Positions 37,546 to 47,933 are shown, counted from the first letter of the stretch. The stretch is 64,000 nt of DNA from an uncultured bacterium (GCA_963780225.1 CAWAAX010000027.1:64001-128000); one strand, 5' to 3'. Translations and numbers: made by a program. The notes: generated by a model not told the origin, from the letters alone.

Positions 37546-39048
37546 TTAACTCGATTTACGTGTGCTTACCCCAAAGTTCTCGTAAACATATTGATTAATT
37601 CTTTCTGTAATATCTTTCCCTAAATTGGTCAATACAATTTCATCAATAGGCTTGTAACTGATGTCTCTGCCTTTATTTGAAATTGATTGATAAAGAAAAT
37701 TAGAAAAAGAACCAGACCTCATCAAAACTGTTTGTGTTCCTTTAATGTCTTCCAAAACTGCGTTTATGTATTTAGGGGTTACTACGATTGTGTATTCGGC
37801 ACCTATCTGCTCCCTATGATGTCTTAACCGACCTGCACTTAAATTCATTAATTTATTTTTTGTCGATTTTGCTTCAACATCAAATTTCTTGTCGGTTGCA
37901 TCCACAGGAGTGTAAACACATTCAATATCTGTTGTGCCTGCTGAAGCATGTTTTTCAGCATCGACATCAGAGAAATAGTTAAAAGCATCACAAAGAACAT
38001 CTTCAAATTTGTAAGCATCTCCATAAACAGAATTTCTTGCATATAAATTAATGTCGTCTGTTATTTTTAAAATGGAAATTATTTTCTCTTGTTCTTCGTT
38101 GTCAATACCAAGTTCTTGAATTAATTCGGGTGGATAATAATTATATAGCTGAATTATATACTCTGAGTTCAATTGTAGTTTTTCGGTCAAGTCTTTCGGT
38201 TTTTCTTCGTAAGAATAATTTTTTACAAGGACTGAAACAAACTCTAATATCTCTGCTTTTACTTTTACTGAATCACTTTTATATCTCCTTCGACCACTTC
38301 CACTACCATGTATTAATACGCCATGATTGTCATCCGCTTGGCTCCAATCAAGAATACCTGCTTGCTGAAGGACACCTGCCGCATAATTCCATTCATGCAA
38401 TGCATTTGCCAAAACATCTTCAACATTCTTTCTTTTTGTAAATAGCCTATACTTTACAGATGATGGAATACTTCTAAAAGCTAATATCTCTTTCACTAAT
38501 TCGTTGTATGATTTCCTGTCAATATCTTTGTAAAACATTACATGATAAAATACTTCATCATGGTTTAATTTGTAGTCAAGTCGCTTATCTGTAAGCAGTT
38601 TGAATATTAAGCGATAAGGATAAATATTAAACGACTTGTGCATTTTGTTGAAAGGATGTGCAAATGGCATACCAAAAAGCATACAGAGAAATGTTTTGCT
38701 AACAAGTTTTTTGTCTTTCTTATTATCTAACAATAAGTTCCCTAATGGACTAAATACAACCCTCTCAACTTTATTTCCTTTAATTTTTAATTTATATCCA
38801 AACATGTAGTACACAATTTGACAAACCTTAAATTGGATTGTAAAAACACTTGGCTTTCCAAAACGTGGATTATACAAATTATCCGTTTCCATTCCCAAAA
38901 GAATTTCTTTCAACGCATCGTCTGAAATATCTGCTTTTCCTGATCTTACCGCATCTGCATACAAAACCATAAGATCAAAATCTTTAATGTATTTCATTAA
39001 AGTCCATTTGTTCTTTTTTGAGGTTCTGTCAATTTCTGAGTTATACAT
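37546..39048 (-). CDS. Putative Type IIS restriction endonuclease (HgaI-like)
   Basis: C-terminal FE...TDIEC...DVEAKS PD-(D/E)xK motif; follows two C5 methyltransferases; very AT-rich. Confidence 0.78.
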   Translation of the reverse strand: MYNSEIDRTSKKNKWTLMKYIKDFDLMVLYADAVRSGKADISDDALKEILLGMETDNLYNPRFGKPSVFTIQFKVCQIVYYMFGYKLKIKGNKVERVVFSPLGNLLLDNKKDKKLVSKTFLCMLFGMPFAHPFNKMHKSFNIYPYRLIFKLLTDKRLDYKLNHDEVFYHVMFYKDIDRKSYNELVKEILAFRSIPSSVKYRLFTKRKNVEDVLANALHEWNYAAGVLQQAGILDWSQADDNHGVLIHGSGSGRRRYKSDSVKVKAEILEFVSVLVKNYSYEEKPKDLTEKLQLNSEYIIQLYNYYPPELIQELGIDNEEQEKIISILKITDDINLYARNSVYGDAYKFEDVLCDAFNYFSDVDAEKHASAGTTDIECVYTPVDATDKKFDVEAKSTKNKLMNLSAGRLRHHREQIGAEYTIVVTPKYINAVLEDIKGTQTVLMRSGSFSNFLYQSISNKGRDISYKPIDEIVLTNLGKDITERINQYVYENFGVSTRKSS

Positions 39049-39053
39049 TGTTG

Positions 39054-40115
39054 TTATTGATTGATTTTTGATAAAATAGTTTTAAGCATAAGCGGAGGAA
39101 TTGCTTCACCAACAAGCAACCTGACAAAGGAATCTTTACAGTCAGTTGGAATATTCCAATTTTCGGGTAAAGAAGAAACAATGAATAGTTCAAGTAAACT
39201 TAATACTCTTGGGTCACTCCATGTTCCGTCTTTCTGTTGCCTACCCGGATGAACATTGTTATGCCCGCTTATTAATCCGTTGTTTGTTGCTCTTGCTGGT
39301 GACGGTGCATTCCATTTCATTCTTTTGTATGTATTATGGAATCCGCTAACTTTTTCTCCATTTATTTTTTTTGGGTAATATACTTTATTTACCATTGCAC
39401 TTTTTCCTTCGGGTGTATGTGTCATTACCTCAACCTGCATTGTACTATGTTTCATAGCGTAATGATATTTTAGGTATGATTTTTCCCCTGGCATCAAAGA
39501 TGGTAAATGTCCGATAGCTTTTTTTAAAGTTATTTCTGGTTGCTTTTCGGGTGAGCTCCATTTTTTATTTTTCTTAAACAGTTTTATTATTGCTCTCGGT
39601 CTGCTTTGTGGGATTCCGTAATCTTTTGCATTGAGAACAGCATGCTCAATATGATACTTTTCACTGAATATAATTTCAAGTATTTCATTAATCCCGAGAT
39701 ATTTTCCTTCGAATGGAAACAATAGTTTGAAAAATTTGGGAACATTTTCAATCAAGATGAAATCAAAATCTATTTGTTTAATAACTTCAATTACGGAAAA
39801 TATTAAATAATTTCTTTCATCTATTTCATAATCTTTCTTTCCCAAACTACTCATGCCTTGGCATGGGGGAGTGGCGATTAAAATACTTGGTTTTATTATT
39901 TTTGCTTCATTTACAAACTCGTTGAATATATTTTTGTTGAGAATATCTCCTGTAATCATTTTCGTTTTTGGATAAAGGTGTTTGTAGAAGTCTGCCCTTT
40001 CCTTCACCAGCTCATTTGCAAGCAAAATATCAATGCCAATTTCATTGAGATAGGTTTCCGCTATCCCTGCACTTGAAAACATTGAAATTCCAATGATATT
40101 CTTATTTGCACTCAT
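39054..40115 (-). CDS. DNA cytosine-5 methyltransferase 2
   Basis: FSSAG, PPCQGMS, ENVP, PQSRPR, GEAIPP. Confidence 0.93.
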   Translation of the reverse strand: MSANKNIIGISMFSSAGIAETYLNEIGIDILLANELVKERADFYKHLYPKTKMITGDILNKNIFNEFVNEAKIIKPSILIATPPCQGMSSLGKKDYEIDERNYLIFSVIEVIKQIDFDFILIENVPKFFKLLFPFEGKYLGINEILEIIFSEKYHIEHAVLNAKDYGIPQSRPRAIIKLFKKNKKWSSPEKQPEITLKKAIGHLPSLMPGEKSYLKYHYAMKHSTMQVEVMTHTPEGKSAMVNKVYYPKKINGEKVSGFHNTYKRMKWNAPSPARATNNGLISGHNNVHPGRQQKDGTWSDPRVLSLLELFIVSSLPENWNIPTDCKDSFVRLLVGEAIPPLMLKTILSKINQ

Positions 40116-41182
40116 TTTGAAATTCCCTCTAATATATTTTTCATCATTTTAGGTGGAATTCCTTCTCCAATAAATTGCCTTAATGCCGTGTCCGAAATAT
40201 CTGTTGGCAGATCAATGTCGGGGGGCAAAGATGTTAGAATTAATAGTTCCCTTAATGTTAATACTCTTGCATCACTCCATGTATTATTCTTCAACTTTCT
40301 TCCTGGGTGAACGTTGTTTTGTGATGATATTATTTCGTTCCTCATTGTTACTGTCGGTGCTGGCTTGTCCCAATCAATTCGTCTATAGCAATTATTGTAA
40401 CCCTTTATTCTTCGTCCGTCTTTGTTTACTGGAAAATGCTTTTTATTGCTAAATGCTGTCTGACCTGTTGGTGTGAACTTCATCCATTCAATTTGGTTTT
40501 TCGGATGCACTCTTGCCCAATGATTTTTCAAATCAGATTTCATTCCCGATTCTAATGAAGGAAGATTTCCGATTGCATCAGCAACAGAAATATGTTCTTT
40601 TTCTAACTGTGGTTTATTCCACTTTAATCCTTTTTTGTAAAGCCTAATAAAAGCACGATTGCGAACTTGGGGTATCCCAAAATCTGCCGAATTAAAAATG
40701 TCCACTTCAATGTTGTATTTCTTTCCGTATTTCTCTTTCAGCAATTCGGATATTGTCAGCACTTTATTATTGTAGATGTAATTTACTTTTAAAAATCGCG
40801 GCACGTTTTCAATGATTACATAATTGGGTGAAATAGAATCAACGATTTCCAATGTTTCTAAAATCAATAAATTTCTATTGTCATCATGCAAAGTTCCATC
40901 TTTTCTGTTTTTCCCAACTGAGCTCATACCTTGGCATGGTGGTGTTGCAATAATTAAATCAATACTGTGCTTTTTAGAAGCAGTAAGGATTTTATTTTTA
41001 ACATTGCTATCAATAATGTCACCGCAAATTACTTCTGTGTCAGGATGGAAATACTTGTAAGCTTGACAACGCATAGGTTCAATTTCATTTGCAACCACTG
41101 TGTTTATACCAATGCTATTTAAATAGTATTCGCCTACGCCAATACAGGAAAAAAGGGATACTGCATTTAGTTTTTTCATCAT
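40112..41182 (-). CDS. DNA cytosine-5 methyltransferase 1
   Basis: FSCIG, PPCQGMS, ENVP, PQVRNR, GEGIPP; ATGA overlap with the second methyltransferase. Confidence 0.93.
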   Translation of the reverse strand: MMKKLNAVSLFSCIGVGEYYLNSIGINTVVANEIEPMRCQAYKYFHPDTEVICGDIIDSNVKNKILTASKKHSIDLIIATPPCQGMSSVGKNRKDGTLHDDNRNLLILETLEIVDSISPNYVIIENVPRFLKVNYIYNNKVLTISELLKEKYGKKYNIEVDIFNSADFGIPQVRNRAFIRLYKKGLKWNKPQLEKEHISVADAIGNLPSLESGMKSDLKNHWARVHPKNQIEWMKFTPTGQTAFSNKKHFPVNKDGRRIKGYNNCYRRIDWDKPAPTVTMRNEIISSQNNVHPGRKLKNNTWSDARVLTLRELLILTSLPPDIDLPTDISDTALRQFIGEGIPPKMMKNILEGISK

Positions 41183-41361
41183 TGCTTAGTCGTTTTAATT
41201 GAGTTAATACATTCTCTTACATCAACACTTAAGGGTATGGCCAATAGTTGCAAAATTGTCCTTAGTTCGGTGAATTTCTTTGGTGCACTATGGTATGCAA
41301 TTCCGTACTGCCCATTAGTATTATTATACTTCTAATGACCGACAATTTTGGAGATCTCTAT

Positions 41362-41493
41362 CTCATGTTTGACCAGCTAAACCTCATGTTTGGTGTCTTC
41401 TACCTCATGTACGGTGTTCTCTGCCCCATGTTCGGCGCCTTCAACCTCATGTTTGGCGAGCTAAACCTCATGTACGGCGTCCTCAACCTCACG
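41362..41493. repeat. Degenerate 21-bp tandem repeat (about 6 units)
   Basis: CTCATG/CCCATG at 41362, 41383, 41404, 41425, 41446, 41467 and CTCACG at 41488. Confidence 0.85.
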
Positions 41494-41587
41494 ATAACGC
41501 ATTAAATTGCTTAATGTTACTTCTGTCGTGATGGTCAGCTTAATTTTTCCTGCATTCATGGATTCCTTATAAATTCCCAGCCCCGTT

Positions 41588-43444
41588 TTACGCCTTATTC
41601 TTGGCAAACTGCAAATTATACAGTCTGGCATAGGTCCCGTCCTTGGCCAGCAGCTCGGAATGCTTCCCGGCCTCGGTTATCCTCCCGTCCTCAAGCACGA
41701 TGATCCTATCGGCCCGCTGGATGGTGGACAGCCGGTGGGCAATGACAATGGCGGTGCGGTTGTTCATCAGATTATTGATGGCCTGCTGGACCAGCTGTTC
41801 GGACTCGGTGTCCAAGGCCGAGGTGGCCTCGTCCAGGATCAAAATGGCCGGGTTTTTCAGGATAGCCCGGGCAATGGACATCCTCTGCCTCTGGCCGCCC
41901 GAGATCTTCAACCCCCGCTCGCCGATCACGGTCTGGTAGCCGTCCGGCATCTCGGTTATGAACTGGTGGGCGTTGGCGGCCCTGGCGGCCTCCTCCACCT
42001 GGGCCTGGGAGGCCCCTGGACGCCCGTAGGCGATGTTATTGAACACCGTGTCGTGGAAGAGGATGGTTTCCTGCCCGACGACTCCCAGCAGCCTCCTAAG
42101 CGATTTGGAATCCAGTTCCCGGAGGTCCCTGCCGTCTATCTCTATCCTGCCCTTGGTGCAGTCATAGAACCTGGGGATCAGGTCGGCCAAAGTGGACTTT
42201 CCGGCCCCGGAGGGGCCGACCAGGGCCAGCATCTCGCCCCTTTTGACATCCAGGGTGATGTCCCTCAGCACAAAGTCTTCGTCGTTTGGCCCGGCCCCGC
42301 CCTGCCCCCGGCTTTTGTAGCTGAAGGAGACACCGCTAAATTTTAGGGACTCCTTAAATTCACTAAGAACAAAAGCATTAGGCAGGTCCTTAACCTCGGG
42401 CTCCAGGTCTATCAGGCCGAAGATGCGTTCGGAGGCGGCCAGCCCCTGCTGCACCACCGGGGTTACGTTGGAAAGCCCGTTCAGCGGCTGGAGCATGGAA
42501 AAGGCCCCTGCCAGAAAGACGAAGAACCTTTCCGGGCTGATGGCTCCCGTCCCGGCCACCTGGTCCCGGGCCAGCCAGATTATCACCACCCCGGCGATGG
42601 CCCCCAAAAACTCGGTCAGGGGCGGGGTCAGCCCGGCCAGGGTCTCGAACCGGAACACCGCCCTGAAATAATCCCGGTTGTAGCGGGAGAATTTGGTCTT
42701 CTCGTGTTCCTCCATGGCAAAGGTCTTTACCACTCTGATGCCGGAGATGGTCTCGGTAAGTACCGCGGTCACATCCCCCAGTTTCTCCTGTAGCCTTTTG
42801 CCCCGGCGCCTCAACCGGCGCCCGATCAGGGAAATGACCCCGATGCTTAATGGCAGCACCAGCAGGGAGGTCAGCGCCAGCTTGGGGGCCGCGATCACCG
42901 CCAGGCCCAGGTATACCAGGATCAGGCTGCTCTGGCGGATGATGGAGACGGTGCCGTCGGTGATGGCGCCCCGCACCAGCCCCACGTCGTTGGTCAACCG
43001 GGATACCGTGTTTCCCACCTTGTGCTGGTGAAAATAGGATAGGGAAAGCTTGTGCAGATGGCTGTACATTTCCTCTCTCAGATCCGCCGTTACCTTTTGC
43101 TCGATATAAACTGTCAGTATCCTTTGGAGGTACATGAAAATGTTCTTCAGGAAAAATACGCCCAGTATCAGCCAACAGAGCTTGATCAGGCCGGCCAGCC
43201 GGCCGTCCTTTAACAGCCACCAAAAGGCCAGGTCTTTTACCTGGTTGACATCCAGCGAACGGACGGCGGGGGCGGTCGCAGCCAGTTGCACCTGGGCCGG
43301 GCTGAACAAAACTTTGATGAACGGGGCAATCATCCCCAGCGACGCGCCGGAGAACAGGGCCAGCAGCCACATGCAAAGCACCGCCAAACTGAACTGCTTC
43401 CAGTAGGGTTTGATGTGAGATATCAGTCTGAGATATAGTTTCAT
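41588..43444 (-). CDS. msbA: MsbA-like ABC transporter (fused permease and ATPase)
   Basis: Transmembrane domain plus GPSGAGKST, ISGGQRQR, ILDEATSALD; LPS gene context. Confidence 0.8.
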   Translation of the reverse strand: MKLYLRLISHIKPYWKQFSLAVLCMWLLALFSGASLGMIAPFIKVLFSPAQVQLAATAPAVRSLDVNQVKDLAFWWLLKDGRLAGLIKLCWLILGVFFLKNIFMYLQRILTVYIEQKVTADLREEMYSHLHKLSLSYFHQHKVGNTVSRLTNDVGLVRGAITDGTVSIIRQSSLILVYLGLAVIAAPKLALTSLLVLPLSIGVISLIGRRLRRRGKRLQEKLGDVTAVLTETISGIRVVKTFAMEEHEKTKFSRYNRDYFRAVFRFETLAGLTPPLTEFLGAIAGVVIIWLARDQVAGTGAISPERFFVFLAGAFSMLQPLNGLSNVTPVVQQGLAASERIFGLIDLEPEVKDLPNAFVLSEFKESLKFSGVSFSYKSRGQGGAGPNDEDFVLRDITLDVKRGEMLALVGPSGAGKSTLADLIPRFYDCTKGRIEIDGRDLRELDSKSLRRLLGVVGQETILFHDTVFNNIAYGRPGASQAQVEEAARAANAHQFITEMPDGYQTVIGERGLKISGGQRQRMSIARAILKNPAILILDEATSALDTESEQLVQQAINNLMNNRTAIVIAHRLSTIQRADRIIVLEDGRITEAGKHSELLAKDGTYARLYNLQFAKNKA

Positions 43445-43519
43445 TGATTTTAAGAATAAATAATCTTGACGCGGCAGGTAATTTATGATAATTTTAACGG
43501 TATGTCAGGTCTTGCAAGT

Positions 43520-43698
43520 ATTGCCACGACCTTCAGGTCGTGGTATGTGGTATGAAATCTAGTAAAACCCGCTGGGCTTTAGCCCAAGGGAAGCTCAGAA
43601 TATGAATTCGCAATCTCCGCCGCAGGCGGACAAGCGGGGTTGAAACCCCAAGAGATTTTTCTTATCCTTCAACCACCCCGATGTATCGGGGTGGCAAT
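43520..43698. repeat. Composite REP/REPIN-like palindrome cluster
   Basis: ATTGCCACGACCTTCAGGTCGTGGT ... GGGCTTTAGCCC ... GGGGTTGAAACCCC ... ACCACCCCGATGTATCGGGGTGGCAAT. Confidence 0.65.
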
Positions 43699-43815
43699 GG
43701 AAATGGATGAATTAGCCTAATAATATGACGCCTTTTAATACTGCCTTGACGATCACTACTACTAACTTTAACTATTATGGAATTCATAAAAAAACAGGAT
43801 TCCTCAGGGAGACCA

Positions 43816-44481
43816 ATGAAAAAATATTTTTTGACCGGTCTGGTGGTGATGCTGCCGATACTGCTGACCGCCTACCTGCTGTGGTTTCTATTCACCTGGA
43901 GCGGGCAGATATTCGGCCAGCTACTGGTCTATATACCCTACCTGCAGGATATACCAGAACTGGTCCGCCTGGTGATGGGCTTTGTACTGCTGGTGCTGGT
44001 CATTTATGCGGTGGGCTTCCTGGCCTCGCACCTGATCGGCCGGAAGCTGTTGAATGTCTGGGACAACTTCATCTCCCGGGTTCCCCTGGCCCGGCTGGTT
44101 TACGGCACCACCAAGCAGTTCACCGATAATTTCTTCAGCAACCGCTTCGCCTTCCGCCAAGTGGTGGCGGTGGAGTATCCCCGTCCCGGCACCTATGCCC
44201 TGGGGTTCCTTACTTCCGACCAGACTTGGGAGATGGAGAACGGGACCACGGTCCACACCGTCTACCTGCCCAACACCCCCAACCCCACCGGCGGCCGGAT
44301 ACTGCTGGTGCCTCCCCGGCGCCTGCTGCGGGTGAAGATGTCGGTGGAGGAAGCCCTAAAATTGATCGTCTCCGGCGGAATGGTCTCCCCCCAAAACCTA
44401 ACCATCGCCAACTCATTGGACAAACCTGATGCTTCCCTTAAAAGAACTGCTGGCAAAGCTAAAACTAAAAGACCCCGATAA
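43816..44481 (+). CDS. DUF502 family membrane protein
   Basis: YFLTGL..LP..LT, VEYPRPG, VYLPNTPNPTGG, EEALKLIVSGG. Confidence 0.88.
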   Translation: MKKYFLTGLVVMLPILLTAYLLWFLFTWSGQIFGQLLVYIPYLQDIPELVRLVMGFVLLVLVIYAVGFLASHLIGRKLLNVWDNFISRVPLARLVYGTTKQFTDNFFSNRFAFRQVVAVEYPRPGTYALGFLTSDQTWEMENGTTVHTVYLPNTPNPTGGRILLVPPRRLLRVKMSVEEALKLIVSGGMVSPQNLTIANSLDKPDASLKRTAGKAKTKRPR

Positions 44482-45238
44482 GCTGACCCCCCTGGAACTG
44501 CAGCAATTTTTGGACCGGGCCGTGTCCCGGAATGCGCTTACCCGGGAGGAGGGGCATATGATGCAACGGGTGCTGTCGCTGTCCCAGACCCCGCTCTGGG
44601 AGGTGATGATCCCCCTGCCCCAGGTCTCGTCCATCGAAGCCTCGGCCAAGGTGGACCAGATAATTGAACTTTGCCTGAAGTCGGGACACTCCCGGTTTCC
44701 GGTCTATGAAAAGACCCCGGACAACATCATCGGGATCATCCACGTCAAGGAAGTTTTAAGGTTATGGCATAAAAGATCCGGCAGCCTGCGGGCGGTGGAG
44801 TTCATCCGGCTGCCGGTGTTCCTGCCCCAGACCATCAAGGTCTCCCAGGCCCTGTCCGAGTTCCGCAAAAAAAAGATTTCCATTGCCCTGGCCATCAATG
44901 AATACGGCGCGCCCTCCGGCCTGATAACCAGCGAGGACCTGGTGGAAGAGATCGTGGGCCAGATGCAGGATGAACTGGACCGGGAATATCAGTACTTAAA
45001 GCAACTGGATAACCGCTCGTTCCTGGCAGATGCCCGGATGCCTTTGGAAAAGTTTGCCGGCCAGTTCAAGATCAAAACCGGCTCCAAGGCCCACAGCCTG
45101 GCTGGGTACCTGTCCGAAGAGTTGCAGCGAATTCCGCTGCCCGGCGAAAGTTTCAGCATTCAGGGTTTGGAATTCACGGTCACCGAAGGCACGGCCAGTA
45201 AGATATACAAAGTAAAAGTATCCCCCGGCAAGAAATAG
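44429..45238 (+). CDS. CBS-pair plus CorC/HlyC domain protein
   Basis: EVMIP, SGHSRFPVY, NEYG..SGLITSEDLVEEIVG. Confidence 0.88.
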   Translation: MLPLKELLAKLKLKDPDKLTPLELQQFLDRAVSRNALTREEGHMMQRVLSLSQTPLWEVMIPLPQVSSIEASAKVDQIIELCLKSGHSRFPVYEKTPDNIIGIIHVKEVLRLWHKRSGSLRAVEFIRLPVFLPQTIKVSQALSEFRKKKISIALAINEYGAPSGLITSEDLVEEIVGQMQDELDREYQYLKQLDNRSFLADARMPLEKFAGQFKIKTGSKAHSLAGYLSEELQRIPLPGESFSIQGLEFTVTEGTASKIYKVKVSPGKK

Positions 45239-45357
45239 CTCTGGACATCTATAAGGAATCCATGAAACCAGGAAACAATTCCGTTATTCCCCGCCTACGT
45301 TTCACTTTGGCGGACAGGCTGGATTCCTGATAAAAGAAATTGGGCGTTTTACAACTT

Positions 45358-46104
45358 TTATTTTTCTTCTTCGTTTTCCACCGGCCCGGCCTCAGTTTCC
45401 TGAGCCGGGCTTTCCTCATTAACAGCTTCCGGCCGGGATCCGCCGGGTTCTTCTTCACTGATGACGACTGGTGATTCAAAGGGGACCTCCTCCTGGGTTC
45501 CGTAACCGGAAAGCCTCTTTAATCCCAACTCGGCGTCGATCTCGGCGTCCATCTTTTCCTTTTCCGCCTGCTTGGATTTAAGATACTCCTCCAGATCCTC
45601 TATCCGGGGCAGGTCCGACAGCGAGCTTAAGCCGAAATAGCGCAAAAACTCCGGAGTGGTGCCGAACAGCACCGGCTTGCCGGGCCGGTTGTCGTGGCCT
45701 ACTGCGGTGATCAGATTGCGCTCCAGCAGGGTGGCCGTCACCCCGTCCACGTTCACCCCCCGGATGCTCTCCATGTCGGCCTTGATGATGGGCTGCTTGT
45801 AGGCCACAATGCCCAGGGTCTCCAGGGAAGCGGCGGTCAGCCGGGACACCCTCCGGCCCCGGAACAGCTCGCCCACCCACTTGGAATATTCCGGCCTGGT
45901 GTATATCTGGAATCCCCCGGCCAGCTCCACCAGCGAAAAACTGTGCCCGTCATGTTCGTATTCGTCCTTCAGCTCGTGCAGCAGCTGCCGCAATATCTTG
46001 ATGTCTATCTCGCCCAAGGTGGATTTGATCTTGGCGACGGGCAGGGGGATATCGGTGGCAAAAAGCAGGGCTTCGATTATCCTCTTGGCTTCGGTGCGGT
46101 CCAT
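45358..46104 (-). CDS. scpB: SMC-Scp complex subunit ScpB
   Basis: IIEALLF, AGGFQ, LETLGIVAYKQP, IRGVN, GTTPEFLRYFGL; acidic tail. Confidence 0.94.
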   Translation of the reverse strand: MDRTEAKRIIEALLFATDIPLPVAKIKSTLGEIDIKILRQLLHELKDEYEHDGHSFSLVELAGGFQIYTRPEYSKWVGELFRGRRVSRLTAASLETLGIVAYKQPIIKADMESIRGVNVDGVTATLLERNLITAVGHDNRPGKPVLFGTTPEFLRYFGLSSLSDLPRIEDLEEYLKSKQAEKEKMDAEIDAELGLKRLSGYGTQEEVPFESPVVISEEEPGGSRPEAVNEESPAQETEAGPVENEEEK

Positions 46105-46439
46105 AAGCAATTCCTTATCAAACGGTGTCGGGTTTATTAATGGATAAAATAAATATTCAGCCACAAAAGGCACAAAGGGCACAAAATGGATGGCAGATCG
46201 CCTGGGTTAAGACTGGACTGAAAATTAAGCAACAGCAGCCCATAGATGTTTCTAATGAGGATGTCTCAGTTTCGGCACGCAAAATAATCTAATTCTTGGT
46301 AAAAACATCCGCTTCAAGTAACTCATTCCGCTTACGCTTTTATTAATATCTTCATCGAGTGCCAAAGCTTCAGCGGCGGTGCTTTGTGATTTATGTGCTT
46401 TATGTGGTTAATTCCGGATAGCTATCGGTAAAATATAGC

Positions 46440-46468
46440 TTGACTTTAATGGTATGATATGATATTTT
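46440..46468 (+). promoter_or_regulatory. Putative rpsT promoter
   Basis: TTGACT-17-TATTTT with TG extension. Confidence 0.5.
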
Positions 46469-46537
46469 TATATGCTTTGTAAAGAGAAAACTAACGCTTA
46501 ATCAATAATCAACAAAATTTATTTGGAGGAGATCAAG

Positions 46538-46804
46538 TTGGCAGAGACTAAAAAAAGGAATACCAAGAAAAAGATAAATTCTGCGGTAAAACGGGCCCGT
46601 CAGGCCATCAAGCGAAGAACCGCAAGAATGGCGGTAAAAAGCAAGCTGCGCGGTACCATTAAAAAGGCAGCCGCCGTGAAGACCGGGGAACAGCTTCCTA
46701 CAGCCTATTCACAGATTGACAAGGCCGCAAAAAAGGGAGTTCTTCATAAGAATACCGCTGCTCGGATGAAATCCCGTCTGGCCAAGGCCTCCAAGAAAGC
46801 TTAA
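46538..46804 (+). CDS. rpsT: 30S ribosomal protein S20
   Basis: SAVKRARQ, IDKAAKKGVLHKNTAARMKSRL; TTG start after GGAGGA. Confidence 0.94.
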   Translation: MAETKKRNTKKKINSAVKRARQAIKRRTARMAVKSKLRGTIKKAAAVKTGEQLPTAYSQIDKAAKKGVLHKNTAARMKSRLAKASKKA

Positions 46805-46839
46805 CCCTCTTCCCTGGAATAATAATCACATTATACCAT

Positions 46840-46879
46840 AAAAGAATCGTCCCGGCCAAGCACGGGACGATTCTTTTTT
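46840..46879 (+). terminator. rpsT terminator
   Basis: AAAGAATCGTCCCG...CGGGACGATTCTTTTTT. Confidence 0.85.
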
Positions 46880-46906
46880 CGTTTTACAGCAACTGATGTT
46901 ATTTGA

Positions 46907-47933
46907 GGTCTAAAGGCCGTTTTTAGTTGCTATTTTTAGTCAAGATATTACAGATAAACTTGTAACGAAGTGGTCGTGCTATTCCTCGGTGGACTTCTAA
47001 TAAGTGTTTGAGATACCCAAATGTACTTTCCAAGGAATTAGTGGTATTAGGTATTCCCAGCTCGGTAAATCTCTGGTATGTGAAAAGGTATTTAAGGTGC
47101 CGTTGCAGACTGTGGTATGCGGAACGTAACCGTTTATGGGTAAAGTGCGATCTGCCGGTGTCTGGGTTAAAGGTTCTTTGAGAAAGAAACTGGCGCCAGC
47201 GGTCATACCAAGCCGCCAGTTCGGTTTGGAAAGTATTCTCGTTAGTATTCGGCAAGGTTTCCGCTAAAGAGAGCAACTGTTGTGCGGCAGGCAATTTTGA
47301 CCGTTTGGTAACATAACGTCGGACGATGGCGATTTGATGGAAATGGCATATCTGGACGGGGACATCCTGAAAAACTTCAGCAATACCGGGCTTTCCGTCA
47401 ATAACCACCGCTGATGGGCGAATATTATGATCCAGTAATAATTGACGTCCCTGGTGGTAGCTATCAGCCGTCTCGGTTCGTATCTCGGTCCACCACAGAT
47501 TGCGCTTTAGGTCCGGAGCGCGAAAGACGATTACTCCATAGCCTCGTCCCCAAAAAGTAGCATCTGCTACCAGAACCAAAGGGGACTTTAGATTTACCAG
47601 CGATGGATTACAGTAGGGTAGGGATGAGAAGTATCGCTGAATACGTTTTCTGCTGAGCCCGAACTCTTTTGCCAGGGAATTTAACGTTTGACGCCCCAAG
47701 ACATATTTATTCCATAAAAGACGGATTACTTTTTGTGGCCTTGGTTTGTTGCGAAAAACAGATAAACATTCTTGGCAGCGATAGCGCTGTTGACTCTTTT
47801 GAAAACCAAAACGTTTGGTCCGATAAGAACCACAATGAGGGCATTTTTATAATGCATTGTAAAATATCTGTCGTTTTCCCTTATTTTACAACAAGTTAGA
47901 GCAGCTTTAGCAACTTTTTTCGACCTTTAAACC
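46907..47933 (-). mobile_element. Insertion sequence, IS256-like variant with N-terminal Zn finger
   Basis: Imperfect 26-bp inverted repeats GGT(C/T)TAAAGG(C/T)CG.....AGTTGCTA; 8-bp target duplication TTATTTGA (46899-46906, 47934-47941). Confidence 0.88.
46923..47857 (-). CDS. Transposase, requiring a -1 shift at an A5 run after codon 4
   Basis: ATG 47857; the long frame begins KCPHCGS...RYRCQEC and continues into DATFW, IDGK, QICHFHQ, IPNTTNSLES. Confidence 0.78.

Noticed and set aside
41362..41493. Pyrrolysine or amber recoding suggested by two in-frame TAG codons
   Set aside because: No clear start or supporting pyl genes; TAG serves as a normal stop elsewhere in the window
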